Shown piece after piece: positions 9,664-23,078 of a DNA stretch of 64,000 nucleotides. A program made the position numbers and the translations under genes. The notes below the pieces were generated by a model. It searched no databases and was not told where the DNA came from. It saw only the letters and a program-made list of their open reading frames with translations. Every line of letters starts with the position of its first letter. Position 1 is the first letter of the stretch. Location: assembly GCA_963786105.1 (NCBI GenBank), contig CAWAXX010000014.1, positions 96,001-160,000 on the forward strand, in the 5' to 3' direction. The stretch is from Vulcanimicrobiota bacterium. Its GTDB lineage: Bacteria; Vulcanimicrobiota; Vulcanimicrobiia; Vulcanimicrobiales; Vulcanimicrobiaceae.

Positions 9664-10101
9664 GTGCGCCCCGGCTGGGACGAATATTTCATGCAAATCG
9701 CGCTCACCGTCAGCACGCGGTCGACTTGCCCGCGTGCGTCGGTGGGTTGCGTGCTGGTGCGCGAACACAGGATTCTGACCACCGGCTATAACGGCGCGCC
9801 GCGCGGCGTCGCGCACTGCACCGAAGTCGGATGTACCCTGGTCGCCGATCACTGCGTGCGCGCGACGCATGCCGAAGCCAACGCCGTCGTGCAGGGCGCG
9901 CTGCACGGCGTCAGTCTTGAAGGTGCGACCGCATACTGCACGCATCAACCGTGCGTGAACTGCTCGAAGTTGCTCATCAGCGCCGGCGTGCGGAAGATCG
10001 TCTACGACGGGGTGTACCCAGACGCGGTCGCCGGAGCGCTACTAGCCGAAGCGGGTGTCGCCTCGGTGCAATACGCGGCGCTGGAGGGCACGCGCGGGTG
10101 A
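9664..10101 (+). CDS. dCMP deaminase (ComEB-like)
   Basis: RPGWDEYFM, TGYNG, HAE and PCVNC zinc motifs. Confidence 0.9.
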   Translation: MRPGWDEYFMQIALTVSTRSTCPRASVGCVLVREHRILTTGYNGAPRGVAHCTEVGCTLVADHCVRATHAEANAVVQGALHGVSLEGATAYCTHQPCVNCSKLLISAGVRKIVYDGVYPDAVAGALLAEAGVASVQYAALEGTRG

Positions 10102-11186
10102 ATACGATCGGCTGGACCGCCGCGGCAATCTACTTCGCAACCTTTGCCATCGCGGCGCTGGTAACGTCGTTCGCGACGCCGCTGATCGTGCTGCTGGCGA
10201 CCCATCTCGGCGTGATCGATCACGGCCGCGAAGAGCGCCGAGTGCACGATGTGCCGACTCCGCGAATCGGCGGAGTCGCCGTGTTCTTCGGATTTGCCTG
10301 CGCACTGTTCGCGGTGCTCGGTTTCGCGCTCGCGTCCCCTTTCGCGCTGCTACCGTCGGGAACGCACGACACGCACGCCAAACAGCTCGAGCTGCTTACC
10401 GACCAATTCGCGACCGTCCACCAGCTCGTCGGATTGCTATTCGGCAGCCTGCTGGTCCTCGGCATCGGCGTCTGGGACGACATCATGGGAATGCGGCCGC
10501 GCAACAAGTTCGTCGCCCAGGTCCTGGTCGCACTAATCTCGCTCTTTTACGGCTTCATCATCACCGGGGTTACCAATCCTTTCGACCACAATCCCAACAC
10601 CAACTGGATCGAATTTCCGCTCTGGTTGGGAGTGCCGATTACGCTGTTGTGGTACGTCGGAATGATGAACGCCATCAACTTCATCGATGGGCTCGATGGG
10701 CTGCTGGCGGGCGTTACGGTGATCTCCAGCATCTTTATCTTCGCGATTTCGGTCCTGCACGCCAATCCCGTTGTCGCGCTGGTCGTCATCGCGCTGGCGG
10801 GCTCGGCGCTCGGCTTCCTTCCATATAACTTCAATCCGGCGCGCATCTTCCTAGGCGACGCCGGATCGCTCTTCATCGGGTACGTCTTCGCCACGGTCTC
10901 GATTATCGGTGCGAGCAAACAGGCAATCGCCATTAGCGTGGTCGTACCGCTGTTCGTGTTGGCGCTGCCGGTGCTCGATACGGCGGCCGCGATCGTGCGG
11001 CGCGCGCTGGCGGGCAAGCGGATCACCGAGGCCGACCGCGGCCATTTTCACCACCAGCTCATCTTCCGTTTCGGGCTGAACGTCCGTCAGGCGGTTTTGT
11101 TAATCTACGCGGTGTGCTTCGTGCTGGGCGCGGTCGCACTGGCGTTGTCGGGAGAATTCACCCACGTGTTTCGCCATAGCAGTTAG
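10098..11186 (+). CDS. Undecaprenyl-phosphate GlcNAc-1-phosphate transferase (WecA/TagO, MraY family)
   Basis: PTPRIGG, GVWDD, NAINFIDGLDGL, IFLGDAGS and HFHH; GTG overlaps the upstream stop. Confidence 0.92.
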   Translation: MNTIGWTAAAIYFATFAIAALVTSFATPLIVLLATHLGVIDHGREERRVHDVPTPRIGGVAVFFGFACALFAVLGFALASPFALLPSGTHDTHAKQLELLTDQFATVHQLVGLLFGSLLVLGIGVWDDIMGMRPRNKFVAQVLVALISLFYGFIITGVTNPFDHNPNTNWIEFPLWLGVPITLLWYVGMMNAINFIDGLDGLLAGVTVISSIFIFAISVLHANPVVALVVIALAGSALGFLPYNFNPARIFLGDAGSLFIGYVFATVSIIGASKQAIAISVVVPLFVLALPVLDTAAAIVRRALAGKRITEADRGHFHHQLIFRFGLNVRQAVLLIYAVCFVLGAVALALSGEFTHVFRHSS

Positions 11187-11195
11187 AACGATAGA

Positions 11196-12377
11196 ATGAC
11201 CGATAAACTCAAAGTGATGACGGTATTCGGAACGCGTCCCGACACCATCAAGATGGCGCCGGTCGTACACGCACTCGCCGCACACCCGGACATCGACGAC
11301 CTCGTTTGCGTGACCGCACAGCACCGCAAGATGCTCGACGATCTTTTGGCGTTGTTTGCGATAGAGCCCGACTACGATCTCGACATCATGACCGACGACC
11401 AAACTTTGACCGAAATCACGACGCGCGTGCTGATCGGGATGGAGCGAGTGCTCGTTCGAGCGCGCCCCGACGTCGTGCTCGTCCACGGCGACACGACGAC
11501 CAGCACCTCGGCGGCTCTGGCGGCCTTTTACCAACAGATCCCGGTCGGCCACGTGGAAGCGGGCCTGCGGACCAACGATCCGTGGCTGCCCTACCCCGAA
11601 GAAATGAATCGCCGGCTCACCGGAACGATTGCGTCCTATCATTTTTCTCCAACGTCATTGGCGCGCGAGCACCTCCTGCTCGAAAACGTCGACCCCGGTG
11701 ACATCATCGTTACCGGAAACACCGTGATCGACGCTTTCCTGGAGACCGCGCGCCGGCCGGATTTGCCGTTGCCGCCGCGCTGGGAGGAGCTCGAACCGAA
11801 CCGTCCCATCGTCGTCGTTACCGCGCATCGCCGCGAGAACCACGGGTACATGCGCGAAATGATCGAGGCCATGCGAGACATCACGCAGATGCCGATGCGT
11901 CCGCAATTGTACTGGCCGGTTCATCCCTCGCCGCGAGTCGCTCCGGTTGCGCACGCCGTCCTCGACGGCGTTCCGGGCGTCGTCCTGGTCGACCCGATCG
12001 ACTACGCGCAGATGGTCTGCGCGGTGCGGGAGTCGGCCTTCGTGCTGACCGATTCGGGCGGGTTGCAAGAAGAGGCGCCGTGCCTGGGCAAGCCGGTCTT
12101 GGTGATGCGCGAGGAGACCGAACGTCCCGAGGGGCTCGATGCCGGAACGCTGGAGCTAGTCGGGCACGGCCGCGAACGAATCGTGCGGGCAGCGCGCCGC
12201 TTGCTGACCGACTCGGCGCGCTACGCCCAGATGTCGCGAGCGGCCAACCCGTACGGCGACGGCCACTCGGCCGGGCGAATCGTAGCCTGGCTGCTCGCGC
12301 GCCTCCGCGGCGGAACGTACCCGGCTCCCTTCGACGTCGCCGCGGCGGCTGTACGGGCGGCCGCCGGCCAGCCGTGA
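11196..12377 (+). CDS. wecB: UDP-N-acetylglucosamine 2-epimerase (non-hydrolysing)
   Basis: FGTRP, VHGDTT, HVEAGLR, HRREN, TDSGGLQEEAP and NPYGDG. Confidence 0.95.
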   Translation: MTDKLKVMTVFGTRPDTIKMAPVVHALAAHPDIDDLVCVTAQHRKMLDDLLALFAIEPDYDLDIMTDDQTLTEITTRVLIGMERVLVRARPDVVLVHGDTTTSTSAALAAFYQQIPVGHVEAGLRTNDPWLPYPEEMNRRLTGTIASYHFSPTSLAREHLLLENVDPGDIIVTGNTVIDAFLETARRPDLPLPPRWEELEPNRPIVVVTAHRRENHGYMREMIEAMRDITQMPMRPQLYWPVHPSPRVAPVAHAVLDGVPGVVLVDPIDYAQMVCAVRESAFVLTDSGGLQEEAPCLGKPVLVMREETERPEGLDAGTLELVGHGRERIVRAARRLLTDSARYAQMSRAANPYGDGHSAGRIVAWLLARLRGGTYPAPFDVAAAAVRAAAGQP

Positions 12378-12559
12378 ATGCCGTCGTCCCGGTATTGGCC
12401 GCCGGCGGAACCTTTGCGGCGGCTACCCTGATAGGGCTGCTCGCCGGAGTCTGGATTGGTCGCGCAACGGGGCAGCCGCTCTGGGCGGTCGGGGGATTGG
12501 TCGGGGGGCTCTTGCTGGGCGGCTACTCCGCCTTTCGCCTCCTGTTGCGCTCGCTCTAG
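12374..12559 (+). CDS. AtpZ/AtpQ-like small membrane protein
   Basis: About 61 aa with two hydrophobic helices, in the canonical first position of the atp operon; GTGA overlap with wecB. Confidence 0.7.
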   Translation: MNAVVPVLAAGGTFAAATLIGLLAGVWIGRATGQPLWAVGGLVGGLLLGGYSAFRLLLRSL

Positions 12560-12565
12560 CGTCCC

Positions 12566-12988
12566 GTGGACGAGCAGGATAACCTCCCTACCCGGCGTAG
12601 CTACAGCGACGCTGAAGCGGCGGCCGATCTCGCGACGTACCAAGCGCTCAAACGATCGGTGTCGATTCGCAGCCTGCTCGTCGTTGCTCTTCTCGGTCTG
12701 ATCCTCGTCCGCTGGCTGCCCCATCCGGTCTTCGCGCTTTGGGCCGGTGGGCTGTGCGGAGTTCTCAACACCCTTTGGACGATGCGCAGCGGCGAGCGAT
12801 TAGTGGATAATCGCGGCGTCGGCGGCTTCGTCTTAAGTAGTTTCGTACGAATCGGCCTCTTCGGTATAGTCCCGGTGGCGTTCGCCGTGCTCGGCCCCTG
12901 GTGGTCCATGGCCTGGTACTTCGCCGGATTCTTTCTTCCGCTGGCGATGTTTGCGTACGGCGCTCAGCGCGCATTTGCAGCAAAATGA
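12566..12988 (+). CDS. atpI: ATP synthase protein I
   Basis: Four-TM protein immediately upstream of subunit a. Confidence 0.75.
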   Translation: MDEQDNLPTRRSYSDAEAAADLATYQALKRSVSIRSLLVVALLGLILVRWLPHPVFALWAGGLCGVLNTLWTMRSGERLVDNRGVGGFVLSSFVRIGLFGIVPVAFAVLGPWWSMAWYFAGFFLPLAMFAYGAQRAFAAK

Positions 12989-13024
12989 GTAGGTAGTAAC
13001 CGGCGGTCCGGTTGTTGGAGTAAC

Positions 13025-13756
13025 TTGCAAGAAAAACTCGGAGAACACATCCTCTGGCACGTTCCCGTGCTCGGGGCGGTGCATGGGGATACGATCGCGA
13101 CGACCTGGCTCGTCATGATCGTAGCGCTCGCTATCTTCGCGTGGGTCGGCGCCAGCTATCGTTCGGCGTACCAGTCGAGGCGCCAAGTCGTCGTCGAAGG
13201 CGTCGTCAACTACATCGCCGATCTCGCCACCGGCACGTTGGGCAAGCGTGGCGAGCCGTTCGTCCCGTTTTTCATCGCGCTCTTCGTGTTCATCTTCTTG
13301 CTCAACCAGTTCGGCGTGCTGCCGTTCAAAGCGTTCGGGCTTCCGTTCGGCGGGTCGCCCACGGCCGATCTCAACACGACGGTCCCGCTCGCGCTCATCG
13401 TATTTTTTCTCACGTGGATCGTCGGTTTTCGGCAGAACGGCATCAAGCAGATCGGGCATTTGTTCAAGCCGTTCTGGCCGCTCGCACCGATCAACATTCT
13501 CGAAGAGCTCGCGCGGCCGGCAACGCTGGCGGCGCGTCTGTTCTTCAATATCTTCGTCGGCGAGCTGCTCTTCATCATCATCGCGTCAATCATCCTCGCC
13601 CACGTGACGCTGGGACCGGTCAACCTGTCGTTTGCGGTCGCCGTCATGCCGTTCTTCATTCAGTTTTTCAACTTTTTCGTCGGTACGGTGCAGGCGTTCG
13701 TTTTCACGCTGCTCGGGATCGTCTATCTTTCGCTCTCGATGGGCGAAGAACATTAG
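13025..13756 (+). CDS. atpB: F0F1 ATP synthase subunit a
   Basis: PTADLNTT, INILEELARPATLAARLFFNI and VQAFVFTLL. Confidence 0.95.
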   Translation: MQEKLGEHILWHVPVLGAVHGDTIATTWLVMIVALAIFAWVGASYRSAYQSRRQVVVEGVVNYIADLATGTLGKRGEPFVPFFIALFVFIFLLNQFGVLPFKAFGLPFGGSPTADLNTTVPLALIVFFLTWIVGFRQNGIKQIGHLFKPFWPLAPINILEELARPATLAARLFFNIFVGELLFIIIASIILAHVTLGPVNLSFAVAVMPFFIQFFNFFVGTVQAFVFTLLGIVYLSLSMGEEH

Positions 13757-13788
13757 GAATCTTGTGACTCCATGGAAAGGATAAGCTC

Positions 13789-14073
13789 TTGACATCTCAA
13801 GCGTTAGTTGCAGCCTTCACGCTGCTGGCATTCGGCCTCATCGTCACCGGCGTCGCGTTCGGGTCGGCGATCGGCGACGGCATCGTCGCGAGTAAGGCGG
13901 TCGAGGCGATCGCTCGTCAGCCGGAAGCGCGTCCGAATATCTTCGTGTTCCTCTTCCTCGGCGTCGGCGTTCTGGAAGCGTTTCCCATCATCGGCTTGGG
14001 TCTGGCGTTTTACATGCTGCTGGTCGTGGTCGGCGTTCCGAGCGGCTTGTACGCCAGCCTAGCGGGCCATTAG
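13789..14073 (+). CDS. atpE: F0F1 ATP synthase subunit c
   Basis: ARQPEA loop and LEAFPII carboxylate. Confidence 0.95.
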   Translation: MTSQALVAAFTLLAFGLIVTGVAFGSAIGDGIVASKAVEAIARQPEARPNIFVFLFLGVGVLEAFPIIGLGLAFYMLLVVVGVPSGLYASLAGH

Positions 14074-14088
14074 CGTAGCGACCGGACG

Positions 14089-14520
14089 ATGTTTCTTTCA
14101 CTCGACGGGACGTTTTGGGTCCAGCTCGTCAACTTCGCGATTTTCTTCGCGCTGTTAAACGCGCTGTTCTTGCGTCCGGTCGGGCGAGCGATTCGCAAGC
14201 GGCGCGAGTACATCGACGGCGTCGTTTCCGACTATGCCAAGTACCAGGGCGACGCGAAGGCGCTGCGCGAGCAGGCCGAACGCATTCGAGCCGAAGCGCG
14301 CCGCGAAGCCGAGCAGAAAATCGCCAAGGTCAGGGCCGACGCTTCGAACGAGACGGCCGAGATGGCATCCCGTTTTTCGGCCCAAGTGCAATCGATCGTG
14401 GCGGAGGCGCAACGCAACGCCAACGCCGAACTCGACCGCGCTCGCGCCAACGAGGACCGTCTGGTGAAGCAGCTCGCCGACGCGATGGTCGAACGGACGC
14501 TCGGGGTGGCCGCCAAGTGA
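14089..14520 (+). CDS. atpF: F0F1 ATP synthase subunit b/b' (first copy)
   Basis: QLVNFAIFF...PV...RREYI followed by a coiled coil. Confidence 0.88.
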   Translation: MFLSLDGTFWVQLVNFAIFFALLNALFLRPVGRAIRKRREYIDGVVSDYAKYQGDAKALREQAERIRAEARREAEQKIAKVRADASNETAEMASRFSAQVQSIVAEAQRNANAELDRARANEDRLVKQLADAMVERTLGVAAK

Positions 14521-15017
14521 GTCAGAACTCGATTTACGTTCAGATCGCAATCTGGAGCCAAGTCGTCTCGTCGGTTCTCTTTCTGTGCGTGCTGGTATGG
14601 CTGTGGTTTAAGTTCCTTCAGCCGGCGATCTTGGCCGCGCAGGAGCGCTACAACAAGCAGGTTGCCGAAGCCGAACGCCATCGCGACGAAGCGAAAGCGA
14701 CGCTCGACCTGCTGCAAAACGAAATCGAGGGTGCCGCGGCCGACGCCGAGCTCATCAAAGCGCGCGCCGACGCTCAGGCGGCTCGCGAACATAACGCGAT
14801 CGTCGCCGAAACGCGCGAGGCGGGCGAACGCGCGCTGCGCGACGCACAGGCGGAGTTCGCGCGTACGCTGGCGACCGGGCGCGAACGGCTGCGCGAGGAG
14901 CTGCTCGATAAGGCTCTCGGTGCCGCGCGGGCCGAGGCGCTGCGCCTCGTCGACGCGACCGTCAACGCGCGCCTGGTCGACCGGTTCGTCGGATCGTTGG
15001 AGCGTAACGATGGTTAA
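14517..15017 (+). CDS. atpF: F0F1 ATP synthase subunit b/b' (second copy)
   Basis: N-terminal TM helix and charged coiled coil; GTGA overlap. Confidence 0.85.
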   Translation: MSQNSIYVQIAIWSQVVSSVLFLCVLVWLWFKFLQPAILAAQERYNKQVAEAERHRDEAKATLDLLQNEIEGAAADAELIKARADAQAAREHNAIVAETREAGERALRDAQAEFARTLATGRERLREELLDKALGAARAEALRLVDATVNARLVDRFVGSLERNDG

Positions 15018-15549
15018 TGAAAAGCTGGCGCGCCGCTACGCGACCGCGGTCTTTGCGCTGGCCGGCGAACGAGATGCTGCCGATCGGGTCGGCGACGATT
15101 TGGCCGCGATGGCTTCCGCCCTGGGTTCCGGTATCGCGCAAGACTTTTTCGTCGCGCCGGTCGTCGATCGGAGCGAGAAAGAACGCGTGCTTTTCGAAAC
15201 CTTCGAGCCGCGCGTACACGAGGTCGCGCTCCACACGCTGTTGCTGCTGGTCCGCAAGCGCCGCGAACCCCTCTTGGGCGCGCTCGTGACCGAATATCGC
15301 AAACTGCAACTGGCGGCACGCGGCCAGGAAACGCTGCTCGTGACGTCGGCGCGCGAGCTTTCGCACGACGAGCTCGAAGCCTTGGTATCCCGTCTGGAGT
15401 GCTTATACGCAAGGAAGTTCGACGTCACCCAGGTCGTCGATCGCGATACGATCGGCGGCGTACGGATTCTCATGGGCGACCGCCGGATCGACGGCACGGT
15501 TGCCGGCCGCTTGGAAGCTCTTTCACGAACCCTTTTCGCAACGCCCTAG
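15010..15549 (+). CDS. atpH: F0F1 ATP synthase subunit delta
   Basis: LARRYATAVF...IGGVRILMGDRRIDGTV. Confidence 0.92.
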   Translation: MVNEKLARRYATAVFALAGERDAADRVGDDLAAMASALGSGIAQDFFVAPVVDRSEKERVLFETFEPRVHEVALHTLLLLVRKRREPLLGALVTEYRKLQLAARGQETLLVTSARELSHDELEALVSRLECLYARKFDVTQVVDRDTIGGVRILMGDRRIDGTVAGRLEALSRTLFATP

Positions 15550-15560
15550 GATATGAATGA

Positions 15561-17060
15561 ATGATCAACGCTGACGAAATCGCCGGTATTCTCAAGCAAC
15601 AAATTCAAAACTTTAAAACCGACCTACAAGAGGACGAAATCGGTACCGTCATCGAGGTGGGCGCAAACCTGGCGCGCGTGTACGGTCTACGCGGCGTGCG
15701 CTCGTCGGAGCTGGTCGAGTTTCCGAACGGCTTGCAAGGCGTCGCGCTGAATCTCGAAGAGGACAACGTCGGCGTCGTGATCATGGGTCCCGACAAAGAC
15801 ATCAAGGAAGGCGATAAGGTCCGCCGCACCGGCCGCATCTCGTCCGTGCCGGTCGGTGAAGCGCTGCTCGGACGCGTCGTCAATCCGCTCGGCGAGCCGA
15901 TCGACGGCAAAGGCCCAATCGAAACGAATCGCTATCGCACGATCGAAAACGTTGCGCCTGGCGTCGTCCAGCGCCAGTCGGTCAAGCAGCCGCTGCAAAC
16001 CGGCATCCGCGCCATCGACGCACTCATTCCGATCGGCAAGGGCCAGCGCGAGCTGATCATCGGCGACCGCTCGACCGGCAAAACGGCGATCGCGATCGAT
16101 ACGATCATCAATCAAAAGGGACGAAACGTCTTCTGCATCTACGTCGCGATCGGGCAGAAGAACTCGACCGTTTCGGCGATCGCGCAGATTCTCGAGCAGA
16201 AAGGCGCGATGTACTACACGACCATCGTCGCGGTCAGCCCGGCCGAAGCGGCGGCGTTACGCTGGCTGGCACCGTTCGCCGGCTGCGCGATGGGCGAAGA
16301 GCTGATGTATGCGGGCAAAGACGTGCTGATCATTTACGACGATCTCACCAAGCACGCGCAATCGTATCGCGAAATGTCGCTGCTCCTGCGCCGCCCGCCG
16401 GGCCGCGAAGCGTATCCGGGCGACGTGTTCTATCTGCATTCGCGCCTGCTCGAACGCGCCTGCAAGCTTTCCGACGATCTGGGCGGCGGATCGATGACGG
16501 CGCTGCCGGTCATCGAAACGCAAGCCGGCGACTTCGCCGCGTACATTCCGACCAACGTGATCTCGATCACCGACGGTCAAATCTACCTCACGCCGCAACT
16601 GTTCTTCCAGGGCATCCGCCCGGCCGTCGACGTCGGTCTCTCGGTGTCGCGCGTCGGCGGCGCGGCGCAGACCAAGGCGATGAAGTCCGTAGCCGGACAG
16701 TTGAAGCTGGAGTTGGCGCAGTACCGCGATTTGGCGGCGTTCGCCAAACTCTCGAGCGATCTCGACAAGGCAACTCAGAACCAGCTGATGCGCGGCGAGA
16801 AAATGACCGAGCTCCTGAAGCAGCCGCAATACCAGCCGCAGGCGATGGAGGATCAAGTCGCCGTCATCTACGCGGCGACGAAAGGCTACGTCAACGATAT
16901 CGCGACGTCGCGCCTGCAGAACTGGGCGCGCGGGTTCGTGGCGTTCCTGCACGAAAAGCATCCGGAAATTCCCAAGGCGATCGCCGATAGCAACCAACTT
17001 TCGGACGACGTCAAGAAGCAGCTCGACGATGCGATCGTCGAGTTCAACAAGAGCTTCTAA
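15561..17060 (+). CDS. atpA: F0F1 ATP synthase subunit alpha
   Basis: [15 protein letters not shown] and [20 protein letters not shown]. Confidence 0.98.
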   Translation: MINADEIAGILKQQIQNFKTDLQEDEIGTVIEVGANLARVYGLRGVRSSELVEFPNGLQGVALNLEEDNVGVVIMGPDKDIKEGDKVRRTGRISSVPVGEALLGRVVNPLGEPIDGKGPIETNRYRTIENVAPGVVQRQSVKQPLQTGIRAIDALIPIGKGQRELIIGDRSTGKTAIAIDTIINQKGRNVFCIYVAIGQKNSTVSAIAQILEQKGAMYYTTIVAVSPAEAAALRWLAPFAGCAMGEELMYAGKDVLIIYDDLTKHAQSYREMSLLLRRPPGREAYPGDVFYLHSRLLERACKLSDDLGGGSMTALPVIETQAGDFAAYIPTNVISITDGQIYLTPQLFFQGIRPAVDVGLSVSRVGGAAQTKAMKSVAGQLKLELAQYRDLAAFAKLSSDLDKATQNQLMRGEKMTELLKQPQYQPQAMEDQVAVIYAATKGYVNDIATSRLQNWARGFVAFLHEKHPEIPKAIADSNQLSDDVKKQLDDAIVEFNKSF

Positions 17061-17061
17061 C

Positions 17062-17956
17062 ATGCCGTCGGTAAGAGATCTTCGCGACCGGATACGGTCG
17101 CTGAAGAATACGCAGCAGATCACCAAGGCGATGAAGCAAGTCGCCGCGGCGAAGATTCGGCGCGCGGAAATGGCGCAACGGCAGGCGCGCCCGTACGCCG
17201 ACACGCTGGCCGAGATGCTGCACGATCTCATGCGGGCAGTCTCGCACGTCGATCATCCGTTCATGAAGCCCGGCAATCAAGGCGCACCAGCCGGGATCGT
17301 GTTAATGACGGCCGACAAGGGTTTGGCCGGGGCGTTCAACTCGAACATCGTCCGAGTCGCCGAGGCGTACGCGCGCGAGCGTGGTGACGTGCGGTACTAC
17401 ACGGTCGGCCTCAAGGCGCGTAACGCGGTGCGTCGTTGGGGCATCTCCGACCAACCTACCTGGCCACTCGGCACGTCTTCGAAACTCGACACGGCTCGTG
17501 CGGTGGCCAAGCAGGTATCGGACGATTTCACTCAAGGCGCCATTTCGAGCATAACGCTGATTTCGTCGAAGATGGTCTCGATGATGTCGCAGAAGCCGGA
17601 AACGCGCGAACTCGTGCCGATCGTAATGGACGCAACGTCCTTCGGCGACGAGCGCGCCGCTCGGCGTCGGCTCCGCCGAGGACGGTCCCCGCGGCGCCGT
17701 CGAGTTTTCGCCGTCGCCGGAGTTCGTGCTCTCGCGGCTTCTGCCGAAGTATCTCGAGTTCACCATTTACTCGGCGATGCTGGAAACCGATGCAGCCTTC
17801 TTCGCCGCGCAGCTCGTCGCCATGAGCAACGCCACCGACAACGCGTCGAAACTGATCGACGAGCTGACGATCGCGATGAATAACGCGCGTCAAGCCGCGA
17901 TCACCAAAGAACTGCTTGAAATCGTCGCCGGCGCCGAAGCGCTGGGCGTCGAATAA
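17062..17956 (+). CDS. atpG: F0F1 ATP synthase subunit gamma (apparent +1 frameshift near 17641)
   Basis: KNTQQITKAMKQVAAAK and DKGLAGAFN in one frame; AMSNATDNA...ARQAAITKELLEIVAGA in the next. Confidence 0.92.
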
Positions 17957-17990
17957 CCGTGGAATCCAAGAAAAGGAAGTTCGTGCAATA

Positions 17991-19461
<1,471 letters not shown>

Positions 19462-19473
19462 GCGCGCGGAAAC

Positions 19474-19893
19474 ATGGCCAACGCAATTCCGTTCAAACTG
19501 ATTACCCCGAAACAGGTCGTCTTCGACGGCGATGCCGAGTTGGTGATCGCCGTGACGACCGAGGGCGAGGAAGGAATTCTTCCCCAGCACGCTCCGTTTT
19601 TGGCCGCCCTGAAGCCCGGCGTGTTGCGGGCCAACGTCGTCAAAGAAGGCGCGGCATCGCGGCTCGAATTGGCGACCGGCGAGGGCTTCATGCAAGCGCT
19701 GCCCGATCGCGTGACCGTGCTGATCGACGAAGCCTTCCGCTTCGAGGACGTCGACGTCGCCAAGACGCGCGAAGAGCTCGCTTCGGCGGTCGACCGTCAA
19801 AGGGCCGACGCGGGCGATCCGGCGGCATTCGCTCGCGAACAGTCCGTCATCGACTTTGCCAACGCGAAGCTGCGCCTGACCGGGAGCCACTAA
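19474..19893 (+). CDS. atpC: F0F1 ATP synthase subunit epsilon
   Basis: LITP, GEEGILPQHAP and GFM motifs. Confidence 0.93.
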   Translation: MANAIPFKLITPKQVVFDGDAELVIAVTTEGEEGILPQHAPFLAALKPGVLRANVVKEGAASRLELATGEGFMQALPDRVTVLIDEAFRFEDVDVAKTREELASAVDRQRADAGDPAAFAREQSVIDFANAKLRLTGSH

Positions 19894-19936
19894 GAAGATT
19901 CCGGCGACCCGGTCGGCGAACCCGAGACGCAGCAAT

Positions 19937-21290
19937 ATGCTCGATCGGTTAGAGACGACGCTCCGCGTCCGAGGCGGCGCGCGGTTGGAAGGTTCGGTGG
20001 CAACCCACGGGGCGAAAAACGCCGCGCTGCCGATCATGGCGGCCGCGTTGCTGGCCAAGGGCACGGTCACGCTCGGTCGAGTCCCGCGCATTACCGACGT
20101 CTCGGTGATGTGGTCGTTGCTTGAAGCGCTGGGCGCTCGCATCCGGTACGAAGGCGACAACACCATTACGATCGATGCGGGCAACGTCGCGTCATACCGC
20201 GCACCGTACGCGCTGGTTCGTAAGCTTGCAGCCTCGTTCGATATCGTCGGTCCGCTGCTGGGTCGATTCGGGCGTGCCGAGGTACCGTTGCCCGGCGGAT
20301 GCGTGCTCGGCACCCGCGCGACCGACATGCACGAGCAAGCCTTCGTCGCATTGGGATGCGAGGTGCGCAACGCGCACGGATACTTGATCGCCGAATCGAA
20401 ACACCGCCGTCTGCAGGGGAGCACCGTCGACTTTCGCTTACCCAGCGTCGGCGCGACGAAGAATGCGATGCTGGCCGCGTCGGTCGCCGAAGGCGTGACG
20501 ACGTTGAAGAACGTGGCAATGGAGCCCGAAGTCGTCGATCTCGCGAACTTCTTGGTGGCGATGGGCGCGAAGATTGCAAGGCCAAGGAACCGACACGATC
20601 GTGATCCATGGCGTCGACGAACTGCACGGCACGGAGTATGAAATCATTCCCGACCGGATCGTCACCGGCACGTTGCTGCTGGCGGGCGCGATCACGCGCG
20701 GCGACGTTACCGTGACCGGTTGCCGTCCCGAGCATCTACGCAGCACGCTGGACAAGTTCGTCGAATGCGGCGTCGTTACGACCACCGGCGAGGATTGGAT
20801 TCGCGTGCAGGCCGACGGTATCACCGGCGGCACCGACGTTCTCACCGCTCCGCATCCCGGCTTCCCCACCGATCTTCAGCCGCAAATGGTGGGATTTCTC
20901 ACGACCTGTCCGGGCACGAGCGTCGTCGAAGAGTCGATCTTCAACGCGCGATTTTCGTATGTGAACGAACTGGCTCGCATGGGCGCCGACGTCAAGGTCA
21001 CGATGGAAAGTAACGCGGCCGTCATCAAGGGCGTCGCCCAACTCTCCGGCGCTCCGGTCGAAGCACCGGACATTCGTGCCGGAGCCGGCCTCGTCGTCGC
21101 CGGTCTCGCGGCTGCGGGCGAGACCGAAATCATTGGCCTCGAATATATCGATCGCGGCTACGAGCGGTTGGAGGAGCTGCTTTCGGAACTGGGTGGCCAA
21201 GTGCAGCGCAGCAGCGGCGTCACCCCACTGGTCGAACCAACCGGCTTTTTCGAAACAAGCGCGTACCCACGCGTATCGGCAACAGGATAG
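19937..21290 (+). CDS. murA: UDP-N-acetylglucosamine 1-carboxyvinyltransferase (apparent +1 frameshift at ~20576)
   Basis: GAKNAALP, PGGCVLGTR and SVGAT, then PDRI, PGFPTDLQ, DIRAG and IDRGY. Confidence 0.95.
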
Positions 21291-21412
21291 GAAACACAGG
21301 AACCGCAGATCTATTCCAGATCGAAAGACGAGGGTCGAAAGTGTTACGACGGGGTAAATGAGACTCCGCGACGGCGCAGCTAGGATGACGTGCGATTCCT
21401 AAACGGGAGTGA

Positions 21413-22396
<984 letters not shown>

Positions 22397-22411
22397 ACGG
22401 GGTCTCTTAGG

Positions 22412-23078
22412 ATGAGCATCGGCACGGTTCTCGACGCGCGCACTGAGGCGATGGCTGACGTTATCGAGGCGGTCGCGCGAACCGTCTTCGCCGGCGGAAC
22501 GGTGATTTTCCCAAACGACACCAGTTACGGGATCGGGTGCGACCCCTATCGCTCCGAAGCAATCGACCGCATCTATGCGGCGAAGGGCCGCCCGGACAAC
22601 CGCCCGCTCACGATGCACGTGGCGATCGGCTCAGGAGTTCCTAGAGTACGCCGGAGATAATCCGTTGGCTGTGATCGCTGCCAAACGGCTCCTGCCGGGT
22701 CCGGTTATCCTACTGGTCGGCAAGCCGCGGTTTATCAGCGACGAGCTCGCCGCCGGATTGCAAACGCTCGCGTTTCGCGTTCCGGACGACCCGTTCGCTC
22801 GAGCGCTGCTCGAGCGCTGCGGGCCTCTGGCCGGAACCACGGTGAATCGAAGCGGACAGTCGCGATATCTGGGCGACGACGATCGTTCGATGCTGCCGCC
22901 GGCGGATCTGTTGGTCGAGCACGGACCGACTCACTACGACAGCGAATCGTCCATCGTCGATCTCACCGGTTCGCACGCGCGTTTATTGCGCGAGGGTGTG
23001 ATCCGGGCGGGGCGCCTCGCGGAACTCTTGGGCCCGATCGAACGTCCTACGATAAAGGTGCGCAGCCGACCATCATGA
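22412..23078 (+). CDS. Sua5/YrdC (TsaC) family protein, divergent (apparent +1 frameshift at ~22625)
   Basis: FPNDTSYGIG and KGRPDNRPL, then PGPV, RVPD and SSIVDL. Confidence 0.8.

Noticed and set aside
20215..20240. MurA reads KLAASF where RAS is usual
   Set aside because: The other catalytic residues (Lys, Cys, Asp and remaining Arg motifs) are intact; one substitution is too little to claim altered function.
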